A DNA stretch of 64,000 nt from Rhizobium sp. Q54 (GTDB lineage Bacteria; Pseudomonadota; Alphaproteobacteria; Rickettsiales; UBA1997), in assembly GCA_945875865.1 (NCBI GenBank), contig CAMCMF010000003.1, positions 8,418 through 72,417 of the forward strand. The letters run 5' to 3'. The notes beneath the pieces are model-generated. The model ran no database searches and was not told the origin of the DNA. It saw only the letters and a list, made by a program, of their open reading frames with translations. Positions 17,466-26,991 of this stretch are shown in pieces. Both the position numbers and the translations under genes were made by a program. Each line of letters begins with the position of its first letter. Positions within the stretch are counted from its first letter, which is position 1.

Positions 17466-17936
17466 AAATGTAAGACAAGAATAAGCCGGATCCTGTATCG
17501 CTTGCGCGGTGACGATCATTCATCTGGGATTAACATCGCTGTTAACCTCAAGCAACCTACCCGAATGACGATGCGGGAGAACATCTGATTCTCGAAGAAC
17601 CTAGCCATTCCTATTTGGTCTTGCTCTCGATAGGGTTTTTCAGGATGCATGTTACCATACAAACTCGTGAGCTCTTACCTCGCGTTTTCATCCTTACTGA
17701 TTACGCACCCCCATCGCCGCGCTAACGCGTCGACTCGGTCCCCCTAAAAGGGGGATCATGGGGCGCATAATCTAGCGGTATATTCTCTGTGACACTTTCC
17801 CTTGGAAGCCATATATATTCTGGCTCCGCCGCCAGCCGTTAGCTGGTATCGTTCTCCCGTAGAGTCCGGACTTTCCTCTAATTTTCAAACTGCTTGCGCA
17901 ATCAAAATCAGCGATCATCTACTTGCCTTACAAGAT
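17466..17936 (-). ncRNA. rnpB: RNase P RNA, bacterial type A
   Basis: The reverse complement contains GAGGAAAGTCCGGACTC, CCAGCTAACGGCTGG and AGATGAATGATCGTC...ACAGGATCCGGCTTAT (P4/J-region consensus). P1 pairs GTAAGGCAAG (17922-17931) with CTTGTCTTAC (17470-17479). Ends are good to about +/-15 nt. Confidence 0.9.
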
Positions 17937-17979
17937 CGCAAAAATAAAGTGCGCCGCCTTTCAAAGCAATGTAAGAATC

Positions 17980-18954
17980 ATGAAAACCGTTTTCTCAGGA
18001 ATACAACCAACCGGTAATCTACATTTAGGAAATTATCTGGGCGCGATTCGCAACTGGATTGATTTGCAAAATACTCACCGATGTATTTTCGGCGTAATGA
18101 ATCTGCACGCCATCACCTTGCCGCAAGATCCCAAAGAGTTGGAACAAAATGTTTTAGAAGCTGCTGCGACCTATATTGCTTGCGGACTTGATCCGAAAAA
18201 ATCGACGATTTTTGTGCAAAGTGAAGTGGCTGAGCATGTGGAATTGGCGTGGGTTCTTGGGACTTTGACCCCACTAGGTTGGCTTGATCGCATGACGCAA
18301 TTTAAAGATAAAAAAAACAGCAACGAGAATCTAGGACTTTACGCTTATCCAGCTTTAATGGCTGCCGATATTTTGCTTTATAAAAGTGATTTAGTACCAG
18401 TTGGTGAAGATCAAAAACAACATCTCGAATTAACTCGCGATATCGCCGGCTCTTTCAATCGTCGCTTTGATTGCGAATATTTTAAACTTCCGGAACCGAT
18501 GATTTTAAAAGAAGTAAAGCGCATTATGTCGCTACAAGATGGCACAAAAAAAATGAGCAAATCGGGGGAATCCGAAATTTCGCGCATCAACTTAATCGAT
18601 TCGCCAGAGCAAATTGTGAAAAAAATTAAGAAGGCAAAAACTGATTCTCTTGCTACATTAACTTACGACGAAGCTCGTCCAGAAATTTATAATCTATTGA
18701 ATATTTTTTCCGCCATTACCGAAAAAAATCCGCAAGAAATTGCCAAGGAATATGAAAATTCCGGTTACGGAAAATTTAAAAATGATTTGGCGGATGCTTT
18801 AGTTGCAAAGCTGGCGCCGATTCAAACAGAATTAACTCGTTTAAAAACAGATCAATTTTACTTAAAAAGAATTTTGAGTGAAGGGCGAGAAGCGGCGAGT
18901 GAAATTGCTAAAAAAACTAAGAAAGAAGTTTTTGAAATTGTTGGCTTAAGTTAA
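17980..18954 (+). CDS. trpS: tryptophanyl-tRNA synthetase
   Basis: FSGIQPTGNLHLGNY (HIGH region) and KMSKS; start set at ATG 17980 because the listed extension overlaps rnpB. Confidence 0.9.
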   Translation: MKTVFSGIQPTGNLHLGNYLGAIRNWIDLQNTHRCIFGVMNLHAITLPQDPKELEQNVLEAAATYIACGLDPKKSTIFVQSEVAEHVELAWVLGTLTPLGWLDRMTQFKDKKNSNENLGLYAYPALMAADILLYKSDLVPVGEDQKQHLELTRDIAGSFNRRFDCEYFKLPEPMILKEVKRIMSLQDGTKKMSKSGESEISRINLIDSPEQIVKKIKKAKTDSLATLTYDEARPEIYNLLNIFSAITEKNPQEIAKEYENSGYGKFKNDLADALVAKLAPIQTELTRLKTDQFYLKRILSEGREAASEIAKKTKKEVFEIVGLS

Positions 18955-18961
18955 AATTCAA

Positions 18962-19921
18962 ATGAACTACGTAATCCCTACAAATCTAGAACAAGAAATT
19001 CTCCGTTTAAAACGTGAGCAAAATGCTGTGATTTTGTCGCATTTTTATCAGGATCCTGAGCTGCAGGATATTGCAGATTTCGTTGGCGATTCTCTTGATC
19101 TCTCGCGCAATGCCGCTTCAACTAAAGCTGATGTGATTGTTTTTTGTGGCGTAAAATTCATGGCGGAAGTGGCGAAAATTTTATCGCCGAGTAAGAAAGT
19201 TTTAATCCCAGATTTTAAAGCCGGTTGTTCATTGGAAGATTCCTGCCAGCCAAAAGATTTTGCCGAATTCAAAAAAAAATATCCGCATGCTGTAGTTGTG
19301 ACTTACATCAATTGCTCCGCTGAAATCAAGGCTCTATCCGATGTAATCGTTACTTCAACTAATGCCAAAAAAATCATCGAACAAATTCCGGCGGATAAGG
19401 AAATTATTTTCGCTCCCGATAAGCATTTAGGTCGTTATTTAGAAAAAGTTACCGGCCGAAAAATGATTTTGTGGAATGGATCTTGTATCGTTCACGAACA
19501 ATTTTCTGAAAAGGAATTGGTGAAATTAATTACTAATCATCCGCAAGCAAAAGTGATTGCACATCCAGAATGTCCGGAAGCGCTTTTGAATTATGCTAAT
19601 CACGTTGGATCGACATCATCCTTGTTGAAATATACCGCAGAAAATCAAGGCGGAGAATTTATTGTTTTGACGGAGTTGAACATCATTCACCAAATGAAAC
19701 AAAAAAATCCGACCGGTAGATTTTACGATTGTCCTTTCATCGACAAAGCAGGTTGCAGCCTTTGCAACTCCTGTCCTTACATGAAATTAAACACTTTGGA
19801 AAAACTTTATCTGGTGATGAAATATGGGGACAAATCTTTTACGGGCGGCGAGTTGCAACTAGATGAAGAATTGCGCGTTAAAGCTGAAAAGCCACTGCGC
19901 AGAATGCTGGAAATGTCTTAA
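18962..19921 (+). CDS. nadA: quinolinate synthase
   Basis: About 319 aa; ...ILSHFYQ...FCGVKFMAE...HPECP...C..C.YMK typical of NadA. Confidence 0.9.
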   Translation: MNYVIPTNLEQEILRLKREQNAVILSHFYQDPELQDIADFVGDSLDLSRNAASTKADVIVFCGVKFMAEVAKILSPSKKVLIPDFKAGCSLEDSCQPKDFAEFKKKYPHAVVVTYINCSAEIKALSDVIVTSTNAKKIIEQIPADKEIIFAPDKHLGRYLEKVTGRKMILWNGSCIVHEQFSEKELVKLITNHPQAKVIAHPECPEALLNYANHVGSTSSLLKYTAENQGGEFIVLTELNIIHQMKQKNPTGRFYDCPFIDKAGCSLCNSCPYMKLNTLEKLYLVMKYGDKSFTGGELQLDEELRVKAEKPLRRMLEMS

Positions 19922-20030
19922 CCTCCTTTGAAAAAGGAGGTGGCCCGAAGGGTCGGAGGATTTTATCAAAAAGAAAATCCTCCGCCTTCGCTAAGAAGCT
20001 ACGGCGGACAAGCCCGTCATCGCTAACGCC
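19922..20030. repeat. composite palindromic repeat, family D
   Basis: CCTCCTTTGAAAAAGGAGGTGGC...GGAGGATTTT...AAAATCCTCCGCCTTCGCTAAGAAGCTACGGCGGACAAGC...; related copy at 42890-43013 and a fragment nested at about 24170-24200. Confidence 0.75.
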
Positions 20031-20033
20031 TTA

Positions 20034-21155
20034 CTACTCATCCCCAATCATCTCAAACTTCGCCATATTGTCGCAGGATTTTTTTAGCTCTTCGACATAT
20101 TTTTCTACCGCAACATTCGATTTTTGCTGACAAGAAGTCGCATAACTTTGGCGTAATTTTGTAAGTTCAAATTTACTATAAAGTTCGGACTTGGAATTTA
20201 TTTTTTTTATCCTCTCCTTTTTTTCCGCTGCTTTTTTTTCTTCAGCTTGAGCTTCTTTTTCTGCTTCCGCTGCAAATAAGGTTCCGTCAATGCCAATTGA
20301 GGCGAAATTGTAATTGTTGTAATAGTCTGTTTTACTATTATCGCGCGCTATTTCCGCCTGTTTTTCGCCATCAGTTTTTTTAATCATATCATCACTAAAG
20401 TGGGTGTAAGATTGTTTTTGGCAGGTGGTTTTTTCTATCCATTCTCTTTTAAATCTTTTGTGATCAATCTCTTTGAAGCATTGGCGCGTATTGTCCTGCG
20501 CCTTGATACATCTCTTAAAATTTTCGCTATATAAATTAAATCTGACGCAAAGCGGGTATTTTGCTTTTTCTTCATTATATTTTTTAATCGATTCTTCCAA
20601 TCGGCGATCAATGGCAAATCCGATGTTATATTCATCATTTGGATAATTGAGATAATCCGTGTTGTTGTAAGGTGGAATCAGTTGTTGATCTTCGATCAAA
20701 GCTTTGCGACAAGAAAAATATTCATCAATTTTTGCCTGATCTTCGGTATAAAATGCATAACCCATATCGAGACATTTTTGATGATGGCGATTATCGATTT
20801 TTTTATTTTCGCGCGATAAAAATGATTCCGAGGTTTGACCAATTTTAAGAGAAATTTTTGTGACAAGATCGCTGATTTCTAAGTCACGCTTCACTTGTTG
20901 TGGAGTTGGCTGTCCCGTGCTTATGCGATATTTAGCAAAAGTTAAACGACAGCGCCAATAATGGCTGCTATCAAAATTTTTTTCTTTATCGACGTTCAAT
21001 TTTAGCGAAGTACAAAGCTGATGATCTTGTTTTTCGAGCTGTCTAATATCAGTAATAAGCGACAGAATATAAGGGTCGGGAGAGTTAATATTTTTGCAGG
21101 CAAAAAGGATGGCAAAAAATAATAATATAGTTTTTTTAACGAAATTTTTTTGCAT
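20034..21155 (-). CDS. hypothetical Cys-rich lipoprotein
   Basis: MQKNFVKKTILLFFAILFAC (lipobox); many Cys residues; Lys/Glu-rich coiled-coil-like stretch (AEAEKEAQAEEKKAAEKKERIKK). Confidence 0.55.
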   Translation of the reverse strand: MQKNFVKKTILLFFAILFACKNINSPDPYILSLITDIRQLEKQDHQLCTSLKLNVDKEKNFDSSHYWRCRLTFAKYRISTGQPTPQQVKRDLEISDLVTKISLKIGQTSESFLSRENKKIDNRHHQKCLDMGYAFYTEDQAKIDEYFSCRKALIEDQQLIPPYNNTDYLNYPNDEYNIGFAIDRRLEESIKKYNEEKAKYPLCVRFNLYSENFKRCIKAQDNTRQCFKEIDHKRFKREWIEKTTCQKQSYTHFSDDMIKKTDGEKQAEIARDNSKTDYYNNYNFASIGIDGTLFAAEAEKEAQAEEKKAAEKKERIKKINSKSELYSKFELTKLRQSYATSCQQKSNVAVEKYVEELKKSCDNMAKFEMIGDE

Positions 21156-21196
21156 GAAAAATTTTTATGAAGAAAAAAGTGATTGTATAAAATGTA

Positions 21197-21336
21197 TATA
21201 CCAAATCAGCTTCAAGAAGCCGATTTAGTATATTGATTTTGTTTTTACGCAGGATGACCTGCGCCCCACATTGTGGGGAACCCCGTATACCGACTCTTTA
21301 TTTTTGAGTTCGGTAACTTGAATTGGTTTCGGTATA
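21197..21336 (+). mobile_element. MITE, family F (about 140 bp)
   Basis: Imperfect terminal inverted repeats TATACCAAATCAGCTTCAAGAAGCCGA / TCGGTAACTTGAATTGGTTTCGGTATA; internal hairpins GCAGGATGACCTGC and CCCCACATTGTGGGG; 4 more full copies in the window. Confidence 0.85.
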
Positions 21337-21375
21337 AGGCTTACAAAAATCTTATAAACTAACTCATTTTTCAAC

Positions 21376-21936
21376 ATGCATCTTTTAGTAGGACTCGGAA
21401 ATATCGGACGCGAATATGAAGCCACGCGGCACAATTTTGGCTTTTTGTTGTGTGATCAAATTATTGATGATTATCGATTCAGCAATCAGGGAAAAAAATT
21501 TCGTAGCGAAGTTTTTTCCGGAGAAATTCTTGGCCAAAAAATTCTCGCGCTTAAGCCGCAAACTTTTATGAATCTTTCCGGCGCTGCGGTTGCCGAAGCA
21601 GCGAATTTTTATAAAATTCCTAACCAGAAAATTTTAGTTTTGCATGATGATGTTGACGTAGAATTTGGTCGCATAAAAGTAAAAATTGGCGGAGGTCATG
21701 GCGGACATAATGGACTTCGCTCCATTGATGAAGCAATCGGAAAAGATTACATGCGCTTACGCTTGGGAGTAGGGCGTCCAATGAGTAAGGAATTTGATAC
21801 AGCAGATTATGTTTTAGGAAAATTCAGCAAAGAAGAAATGGCGGAAGTAGAAAAAATTAATGCAAAGATTTCGAAATTGTTGGGATGTCTTTTGGAGGGA
21901 AAGGGTGATGAGTTTTCGACGAAGTTTTATTTGTAA
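21376..21936 (+). CDS. pth: peptidyl-tRNA hydrolase
   Basis: LLVGLGNIGREYEATRHNFGF...GHGGHNGLRS motifs. Confidence 0.9.
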   Translation: MHLLVGLGNIGREYEATRHNFGFLLCDQIIDDYRFSNQGKKFRSEVFSGEILGQKILALKPQTFMNLSGAAVAEAANFYKIPNQKILVLHDDVDVEFGRIKVKIGGGHGGHNGLRSIDEAIGKDYMRLRLGVGRPMSKEFDTADYVLGKFSKEEMAEVEKINAKISKLLGCLLEGKGDEFSTKFYL

Positions 21937-21972
21937 GGGCGCCTCTAAAAATTAGGATTTTTAGAGATGTCC
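21937..21972. repeat. family E short form (terminal repeats only)
   Basis: GGGCGCCTCTAAAAATTAGGATTTTTAGAGATGTCC immediately after the pth stop. Confidence 0.7.
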
Positions 21973-21979
21973 ATAAGAA

Positions 21980-22068
21980 GATGGACCCCCGTTCATGCGA
22001 CGGGGTGACAAGTGTGGGAATAGCGCAAACCCTCTCTATTTGTCACCCCGTCGCATGACGGGGTCCAG
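21980..22068. repeat. palindromic hairpin-doublet repeat, family B
   Basis: GATGGACCCCCGTTCATGCGACGGGGTGAC...GTCACCCCGTCGCATGACGGGGTCCAG. Confidence 0.85.
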
Positions 22069-22076
22069 TATTAAAT

Positions 22077-22442
22077 TTAGCTTTCTTGTAAGAATTTTTT
22101 GTAACCAGCTTCATCCATTGCATCAGCTAAATCAGTGTCATTGCTCATTTTAACTTTAGCAATCCAGCCATCAACGTAAGAAGAATTATTAACTAATTCT
22201 GGTTGAGAATTTAGTAAATCATTCGAGGCAACAACTTCGCCAGCAACTGGAATATAAACGTCACTTGCTGATTTAGAAGATTCAACAACCGCGAAAGCGT
22301 CATGCTTGTTGTACTTATTTCCAACTTTTGGTAGCTCAACATAAACCAATTCGCCCAAGGCTTCAGCGGCATATTCGGTAATTCCGATTGTTGCAACATC
22401 GCCTTCAACTTTAATCCATTCGTGATCTTTAGTAAATTTCAT
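22077..22442 (-). CDS. gcvH: glycine cleavage system H protein
   Basis: MKFTKDHEWIKVEG...VVESSKSASDVY (lipoyl-Lys motif E-S-x-K); start at ATG 22442. Confidence 0.9.
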   Translation of the reverse strand: MKFTKDHEWIKVEGDVATIGITEYAAEALGELVYVELPKVGNKYNKHDAFAVVESSKSASDVYIPVAGEVVASNDLLNSQPELVNNSSYVDGWIAKVKMSNDTDLADAMDEAGYKKFLQES

Positions 22443-22551
22443 AACACTCCGTGTTAAATTCAAACTGCGTTTGAATTTAGTTAATATTGAATTGCTGCAC
22501 GCGAAATAAATTCGCGTATCCGCAATAGATTTTTTTAGTTTTTAGGTTTTA

Positions 22552-23655
22552 TCAAAGTTTTTTTATAGATTTAGTTTTTGCTTCAACGAAAACTGCTGAA
22601 GTCAAAACCGCAGAAATTTCGCGATCGCGAACTACTGCAAAAACTTGGTCGCCAACCTTTGCTACAGCTGGATCGAAATAGCCTTGGCCGATTGAAACTT
22701 TTAGATTTGGTGAAAAGCCGCCGCTCGACAGAACGCCGATTTTTTTGCCGTCTTTTCTGATTTCAGTGCCTTCGCGAGCGATGCCGCGATCAAGCAATTT
22801 CACGCCGATTCTTTTACGTTTTACGCCTTCAGTTTTTTCTTTTAAAACGCGCCCAGCGCCGATGAAGCCAGTATTTGATTTGCTAACAACCCAGCCGATT
22901 CCAGCCTCAACTGGTGAAGTTGTGTCATCTAAATCATGTCCATAAAGTGGGTAACCCATTTCCAAGCGAAGTGAATCGCGAGCGCCGAGACCGATTGGTT
23001 TTACTTCTGACATAGCAGATAGATCGATCCAAAATTGCGCTGCTGCGGAATCTTTGATGCTAACTTCAAAACCATCTTCGCCGGTGTAGCCGGTGCGACC
23101 AATAAAAACTTCTTCGCCATTTTTGAATTTGTAAGTACCAAGATTCATGTAAGGCAAATTGGCTAAATTTTCGGAAGCTAAAAATTTATTCATAACTTCT
23201 TGTGCTTTGCCGCCTTGAACCGCGATTAGAGAGCGATCAGCAAGTGCAGTAAATTTCAAATGAGCTGGTAAATTTTTACGAATCCAAGCTTCATCTTTTT
23301 CTTTGCAGCCGGCATTTAGCACGATGAAAAACTTTTCGTCGTTAATTTTTGTGATGATTAAATCATCAACAATTCCACCTTCGGGATTGGTTAGAACCGT
23401 GTATTTTGCTAGTGCCGGAGTGCTTAGAGTAAAATCAGTCGGAGTGATGTGCGACAAAAATTGTGCCACTTCATTTCCTTCGATGATATATTGTCCCATG
23501 TGCGAAACGTCGAAAATTCCGACATTGCCGGAACGCGTCCACTCATGTTCTTTCAACATTCCGTCTGGATATTGAACTGGCATATCATAGTCGGCAAATT
23601 CCACCATTTTTGCGCCTTGTGCGCGATGAGTTTCGTTAAGAGCTGTTTTTTTCAT
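22552..23655 (-). CDS. gcvT: glycine cleavage system aminomethyltransferase T
   Basis: 367 aa; ...EFADYDMPVQY...FDVSHMGQ...RTGYTGEDGFE... Confidence 0.9.
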   Translation of the reverse strand: MKKTALNETHRAQGAKMVEFADYDMPVQYPDGMLKEHEWTRSGNVGIFDVSHMGQYIIEGNEVAQFLSHITPTDFTLSTPALAKYTVLTNPEGGIVDDLIITKINDEKFFIVLNAGCKEKDEAWIRKNLPAHLKFTALADRSLIAVQGGKAQEVMNKFLASENLANLPYMNLGTYKFKNGEEVFIGRTGYTGEDGFEVSIKDSAAAQFWIDLSAMSEVKPIGLGARDSLRLEMGYPLYGHDLDDTTSPVEAGIGWVVSKSNTGFIGAGRVLKEKTEGVKRKRIGVKLLDRGIAREGTEIRKDGKKIGVLSSGGFSPNLKVSIGQGYFDPAVAKVGDQVFAVVRDREISAVLTSAVFVEAKTKSIKKL

Positions 23656-23671
23656 AAGTTTATTTAAGAAA

Positions 23672-24013
23672 TTATTTTACTGCAGGAACCGTTGGCGTCA
23701 CTGGCATCTCAGGATTTTGTGATTCTTGCTCTTGAATTACTTGTTCTAAATCACTTTTGATTTTTTTATTTGTGGCATTGGACATCGCAGCGAGAACTAA
23801 ACAATTAAGCATAAAAATTCCGATCAAAACCATAGTTGCTTTGCTCAAAATATTAGCAGTAGCTTTGCTGGAAATAGCCGAGCCTAAGCCGCCAGATCCC
23901 CCACCAATTCCGCTTAGCGAATCACCATCTGATTTTTGTAAGAGCACTAAGATAATCATGACAACGGCGATGATCACCTGTAAAATTAGCAGGAATAGTT
24001 GGAAATTTTCCAT
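23672..24013 (-). CDS. secG: preprotein translocase subunit SecG
   Basis: 113 aa; two TM segments separated by a Gly-rich loop (GGGSGGLGS); N-terminal ...LLQKSDGD... Confidence 0.8.
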   Translation of the reverse strand: MENFQLFLLILQVIIAVVMIILVLLQKSDGDSLSGIGGGSGGLGSAISSKATANILSKATMVLIGIFMLNCLVLAAMSNATNKKIKSDLEQVIQEQESQNPEMPVTPTVPAVK

Positions 24014-24137
24014 TTTTAAATTGAATTTGATTTGCGAAGCGCGGAGCCTCTGAGGAAGTAAAGCAAACTAAAAATCAATTTTTATCTCACAAGTTTTTTC
24101 ATGAAAAAACCTCTTAGCAATATTACAATCAGAGCGC

Positions 24138-24259
24138 CGTCATCCTTGAGCCATAGGCTCGAGGATCTTCCTCCTTCGTTAAAACTACGGCGGACAAGCG
24201 TGAGTTTTGGCTCCGGAGAAAAATTCATGAGATCTTCAATGTTGTGCATCAAGGATGAC
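24138..24259. repeat. palindromic repeat, family C, with a nested family D fragment
   Basis: GTCATCCTTGAGCCATAGGCTCGAGGATCT...[CCTCCTTCGTTAAAACTACGGCGGACAAGCG]...CATCAAGGATGAC; simple 80-bp copy at 39218-39297. Confidence 0.75.
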
Positions 24260-25408
24260 GATGGGTATAAAAAAATAATTTTTGTAACTGATCAAAAAAT
24301 ATGGAAAAATTGTGAGAGATTTTTTCCAAAAAACTTTGCTGAAAATTTCGATAAATTTTTGCTGTTAAAAGATCCGCAAGCTGATGAAAAAAATCTCAAA
24401 AAAATTGCCGAAAAAGTTAAAAGCTGTGATCTAATTTTGGTGTTGGGAAGTGGTGTGATCAACGATCTCTGCAAATTTACTTCCGCAGAAAAAAATATTC
24501 CTTACGCCATTTTTGCTTCAGCCGCTTCGATGAACGGCTATCTGTCAAAAAATGCTTCAATCGCAATTTCTGGTCACAAAAAAACTTTGCCCGCAACTTT
24601 GCCGATAAAAGTTTTTTGCAATTTAGAAATTTTAAAAGCTGCGCCGCTGAATCTTACAAAAGCGGGGATCGGAGATAGTTTATGTTTTTATTCTTGCTGG
24701 TTCGATTGGTATCTTTCGCATAAAATTTTGGGAACAAAATTTGACGAAAAACCTTTCGCGATGCTGAAAGAGAAAATGGATTTTCTACTAAAAAATTATC
24801 AGAAATTTTCTGCGAAAGATGAGAAGTTTTTACAGCTGTTGTTAGAAATTTTATTACTCTCCGGCGCTGGAATGACAATGGCTGGTGGCTCTTATCCGGC
24901 GAGTCAAAGTGAGCATATGATCGCTCATACCATTGAAATGAAATATCCAAAAATTGTCAAAAAACTTTTGCACGGACAAATGATTGCGGTGACGACTTTG
25001 ACTTCATCTAAAATTCAGAGCGAGTTGCTAGATCGACACCGCGACACGTGCGCGGTGATAACTTGTGGGGCGAGAATTACCTCCGACTTGTCACCCCGTC
25101 TTCATGACAGGGTCCAGAAAGAGTTAAAAAATTTCTTCGGAAAAAAAATCGCCGCCCAATGTCTCACAGAATATAAAGAAAAAATTTCGCTGCAAAAAAA
25201 CGCTAAAAAACTGGATCAAAAAACCATCAAAGAGCTACAAAAAATTCATCTATCCGCCGACCATCTAAAACAAATTTTTTCTCATTTTAAAATCAAAACT
25301 TCTTACACATCTCTTGGTCTATTCAGCCAAGAATATCAAGCTTGCATCTCTTTCGCAAAATTTACGCGCAACCGCTTCACTGCTCTCGATTTATCTAGCT
25401 GTAAATAA
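24227..25408 (+). CDS. DHQS-like / iron-containing alcohol dehydrogenase superfamily protein (glycerol-1-phosphate dehydrogenase-like)
   Basis: GSGVINDLCKF (nucleotide-binding loop), AGIGDS, SEHMIAH, LHGQMIAV. The start is uncertain (ATGs at 24101, 24227 and 24239). The candidates at 24227 and 24239 lie inside repeat C. An in-frame repeat B copy sits at 25031-25117. Confidence 0.55.
   Translation: MRSSMLCIKDDDGYKKIIFVTDQKIWKNCERFFPKNFAENFDKFLLLKDPQADEKNLKKIAEKVKSCDLILVLGSGVINDLCKFTSAEKNIPYAIFASAASMNGYLSKNASIAISGHKKTLPATLPIKVFCNLEILKAAPLNLTKAGIGDSLCFYSCWFDWYLSHKILGTKFDEKPFAMLKEKMDFLLKNYQKFSAKDEKFLQLLLEILLLSGAGMTMAGGSYPASQSEHMIAHTIEMKYPKIVKKLLHGQMIAVTTLTSSKIQSELLDRHRDTCAVITCGARITSDLSPRLHDRVQKELKNFFGKKIAAQCLTEYKEKISLQKNAKKLDQKTIKELQKIHLSADHLKQIFSHFKIKTSYTSLGLFSQEYQACISFAKFTRNRFTALDLSSCK
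25031..25117. repeat. family B repeat inserted in-frame within a CDS (87 bp = 29 codons)
   Basis: GATCGACACCGCGACACGTGCGCGGTGATAA...CTTGTCACCCCGTCTTCATGACAGGGTCCAG; translated as DRHRDTCAVITCGARITSDLSPRLHDRVQ without stops. Confidence 0.75.
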
Positions 25409-26066
25409 CATAACCCAAATTCCGCACCGTCTGTAGATAATGCGGCTGTTTTGGATTTACTTCGATCTTTTTTCTAAGCCGGGTAATTTGCACATCAATC
25501 GAACGATCATCAATCCCGCCACAAAGCGCAGAAAGTTTTTCGCGGCTTACAGGATTGCCTTTTTCTTTACACAAAATCGCTAGAATTTTTGCTTCGCCTT
25601 CTGTGATGTGAATAAATTCTTCACCGCGTTTTAATCTTGAATCCGTAAGGCTGAAAGTGAAGTCGCCGAAATTGCAAAAATTGTTTGAGCTCGAAGAATT
25701 TCCGCCGATTCTTTTTAAAATATTATTGATGCGTAAAAGTAATTCTTTTGGTTCAAATGGTTTTTGTAAATAGTCATCAGCGCCAGCTTCCAAGCCTTTG
25801 ATGCGGTCGTCAAATTCACCGCGAGCAGTTAGCATGATGATGGGAATTTTTGAATCTTTGCGTAGAGCAGTTGCAAAATCGACGCCATTTTCGCCCGGCA
25901 TCATAACATCGAGAATCAATAAATCGAAATTAGTTTGCTGCATTAATTGTCGAGCTTCCACCGTGTCTTTTGCCAGAGAAACGGTAAAATTATTTTCTTC
26001 GAGAAAGCGCCCCAGAAGTGTGCGAAGCCTGGTGTCGTCGTCGGTGACTAAAATGTTTTTTTTCAT
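25395..26066 (-). CDS. OmpR-family response regulator
   Basis: Receiver domain (ILVTDDD...LLILDVMMPG...KPF) plus a winged-helix C-terminus (...TVRNLGYVI); no sensor kinase adjacent. Confidence 0.85.
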   Translation of the reverse strand: MKKNILVTDDDTRLRTLLGRFLEENNFTVSLAKDTVEARQLMQQTNFDLLILDVMMPGENGVDFATALRKDSKIPIIMLTARGEFDDRIKGLEAGADDYLQKPFEPKELLLRINNILKRIGGNSSSSNNFCNFGDFTFSLTDSRLKRGEEFIHITEGEAKILAILCKEKGNPVSREKLSALCGGIDDRSIDVQITRLRKKIEVNPKQPHYLQTVRNLGYVIYS

Positions 26067-26074
26067 AAATTTGG

Positions 26075-26902
26075 TTATGAATTTTTAGTAATTTCGTCGA
26101 ATTTTTTCATCTTAGTTAAAAGCTTCTCAAGATTATCCAAGCGCACCATGCAAGGTCCATCTGATGGTGCGTTATCTGGATCCTGATGCGTTTCCATGAA
26201 GACCGCAGCAACTCCAACTGCAACTGCAGCTGTCGCTAAAGTTTCAACAAACTCACGTTGGCCGCCACTTGCGCCACCTAATCCACCAGGTTGCTGAACC
26301 GAGTGAGTTGCATCAAACACCACTGGGCAGCCGGTTTTAGCCATAATCGGTAAGCTTCTCATATCAGAAACTAAAGTGTTGTAACCAAAGCTGACGCCAC
26401 GCTCAGTCAACATTACATCTTTGCATCCAAAGTGATCCATTTTTTGCACGATATTTGCGGCATCCCACGGCGCTAAAAATTGTCCTTTTTTAATGTTGAT
26501 TACTTTTCCAGTTTTTGATGCCGCTTCAAGCAAGTCAGTTTGACGACAAAGAAAAGCTGGAATTTGTAAGACGTCAACTTCATCACGTCCCGTCAAAATT
26601 CTGCAATGCTCTTCATTGTGAATATCAGTTAAAATCGGGCAGTGAAATTCTTTTTTAATTGCAGCAAAAATTGGTAAAGTTTTTTCCAAACCAGCACCGC
26701 GAGCACCGCCAACACTAGAGCGATTAGCTTTGTCGAAAGATGCTTTATAGATGAATTGAATTCCTAATTTATCACAAATTCTTTTAATATTGCTCGCCAT
26801 CATTAAAGAGTGATCAAGTGATTCAGTTTGGCATGGACCAGCGATTAGAACGAAGGGGAGGTTATTAGAAATTTTTATATTTTTGATATTTATGATGCGC
26901 AT
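26075..26902 (-). CDS. kdsA: 2-dehydro-3-deoxyphosphooctonate aldolase
   Basis: ...[10 protein letters not shown]...[12 protein letters not shown]...[13 protein letters not shown]...DATHSVQ... Confidence 0.9.
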   Translation of the reverse strand: MRIINIKNIKISNNLPFVLIAGPCQTESLDHSLMMASNIKRICDKLGIQFIYKASFDKANRSSVGGARGAGLEKTLPIFAAIKKEFHCPILTDIHNEEHCRILTGRDEVDVLQIPAFLCRQTDLLEAASKTGKVINIKKGQFLAPWDAANIVQKMDHFGCKDVMLTERGVSFGYNTLVSDMRSLPIMAKTGCPVVFDATHSVQQPGGLGGASGGQREFVETLATAAVAVGVAAVFMETHQDPDNAPSDGPCMVRLDNLEKLLTKMKKFDEITKNS

Positions 26903-26991
26903 TTTTTTCGAGCTATAAAATTAAAATTGAAAGTTTCGTACTGCCTAACTAATTCCGCTGCATCGAAATTTCAAATTAAAAATCTTTCAAA

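Noticed and set aside
17802-18017. 71-aa ORF and the long N-terminal extension of trpS (start 17923)
   Set aside because: Both overlap the RNase P RNA gene on the opposite strand. trpS has a canonical start at 17980 (MKTVFSGIQPTGNLHLGNY).
23656-23671. Glycine riboswitch upstream of gcvT
   Set aside because: Only 16 nt separate the secG stop from the gcvT start, so there is no room for the aptamer. No riboswitch-like sequence was seen upstream of secG either. Likewise there is no space for a TPP riboswitch before thiG (2 nt after cdsA).
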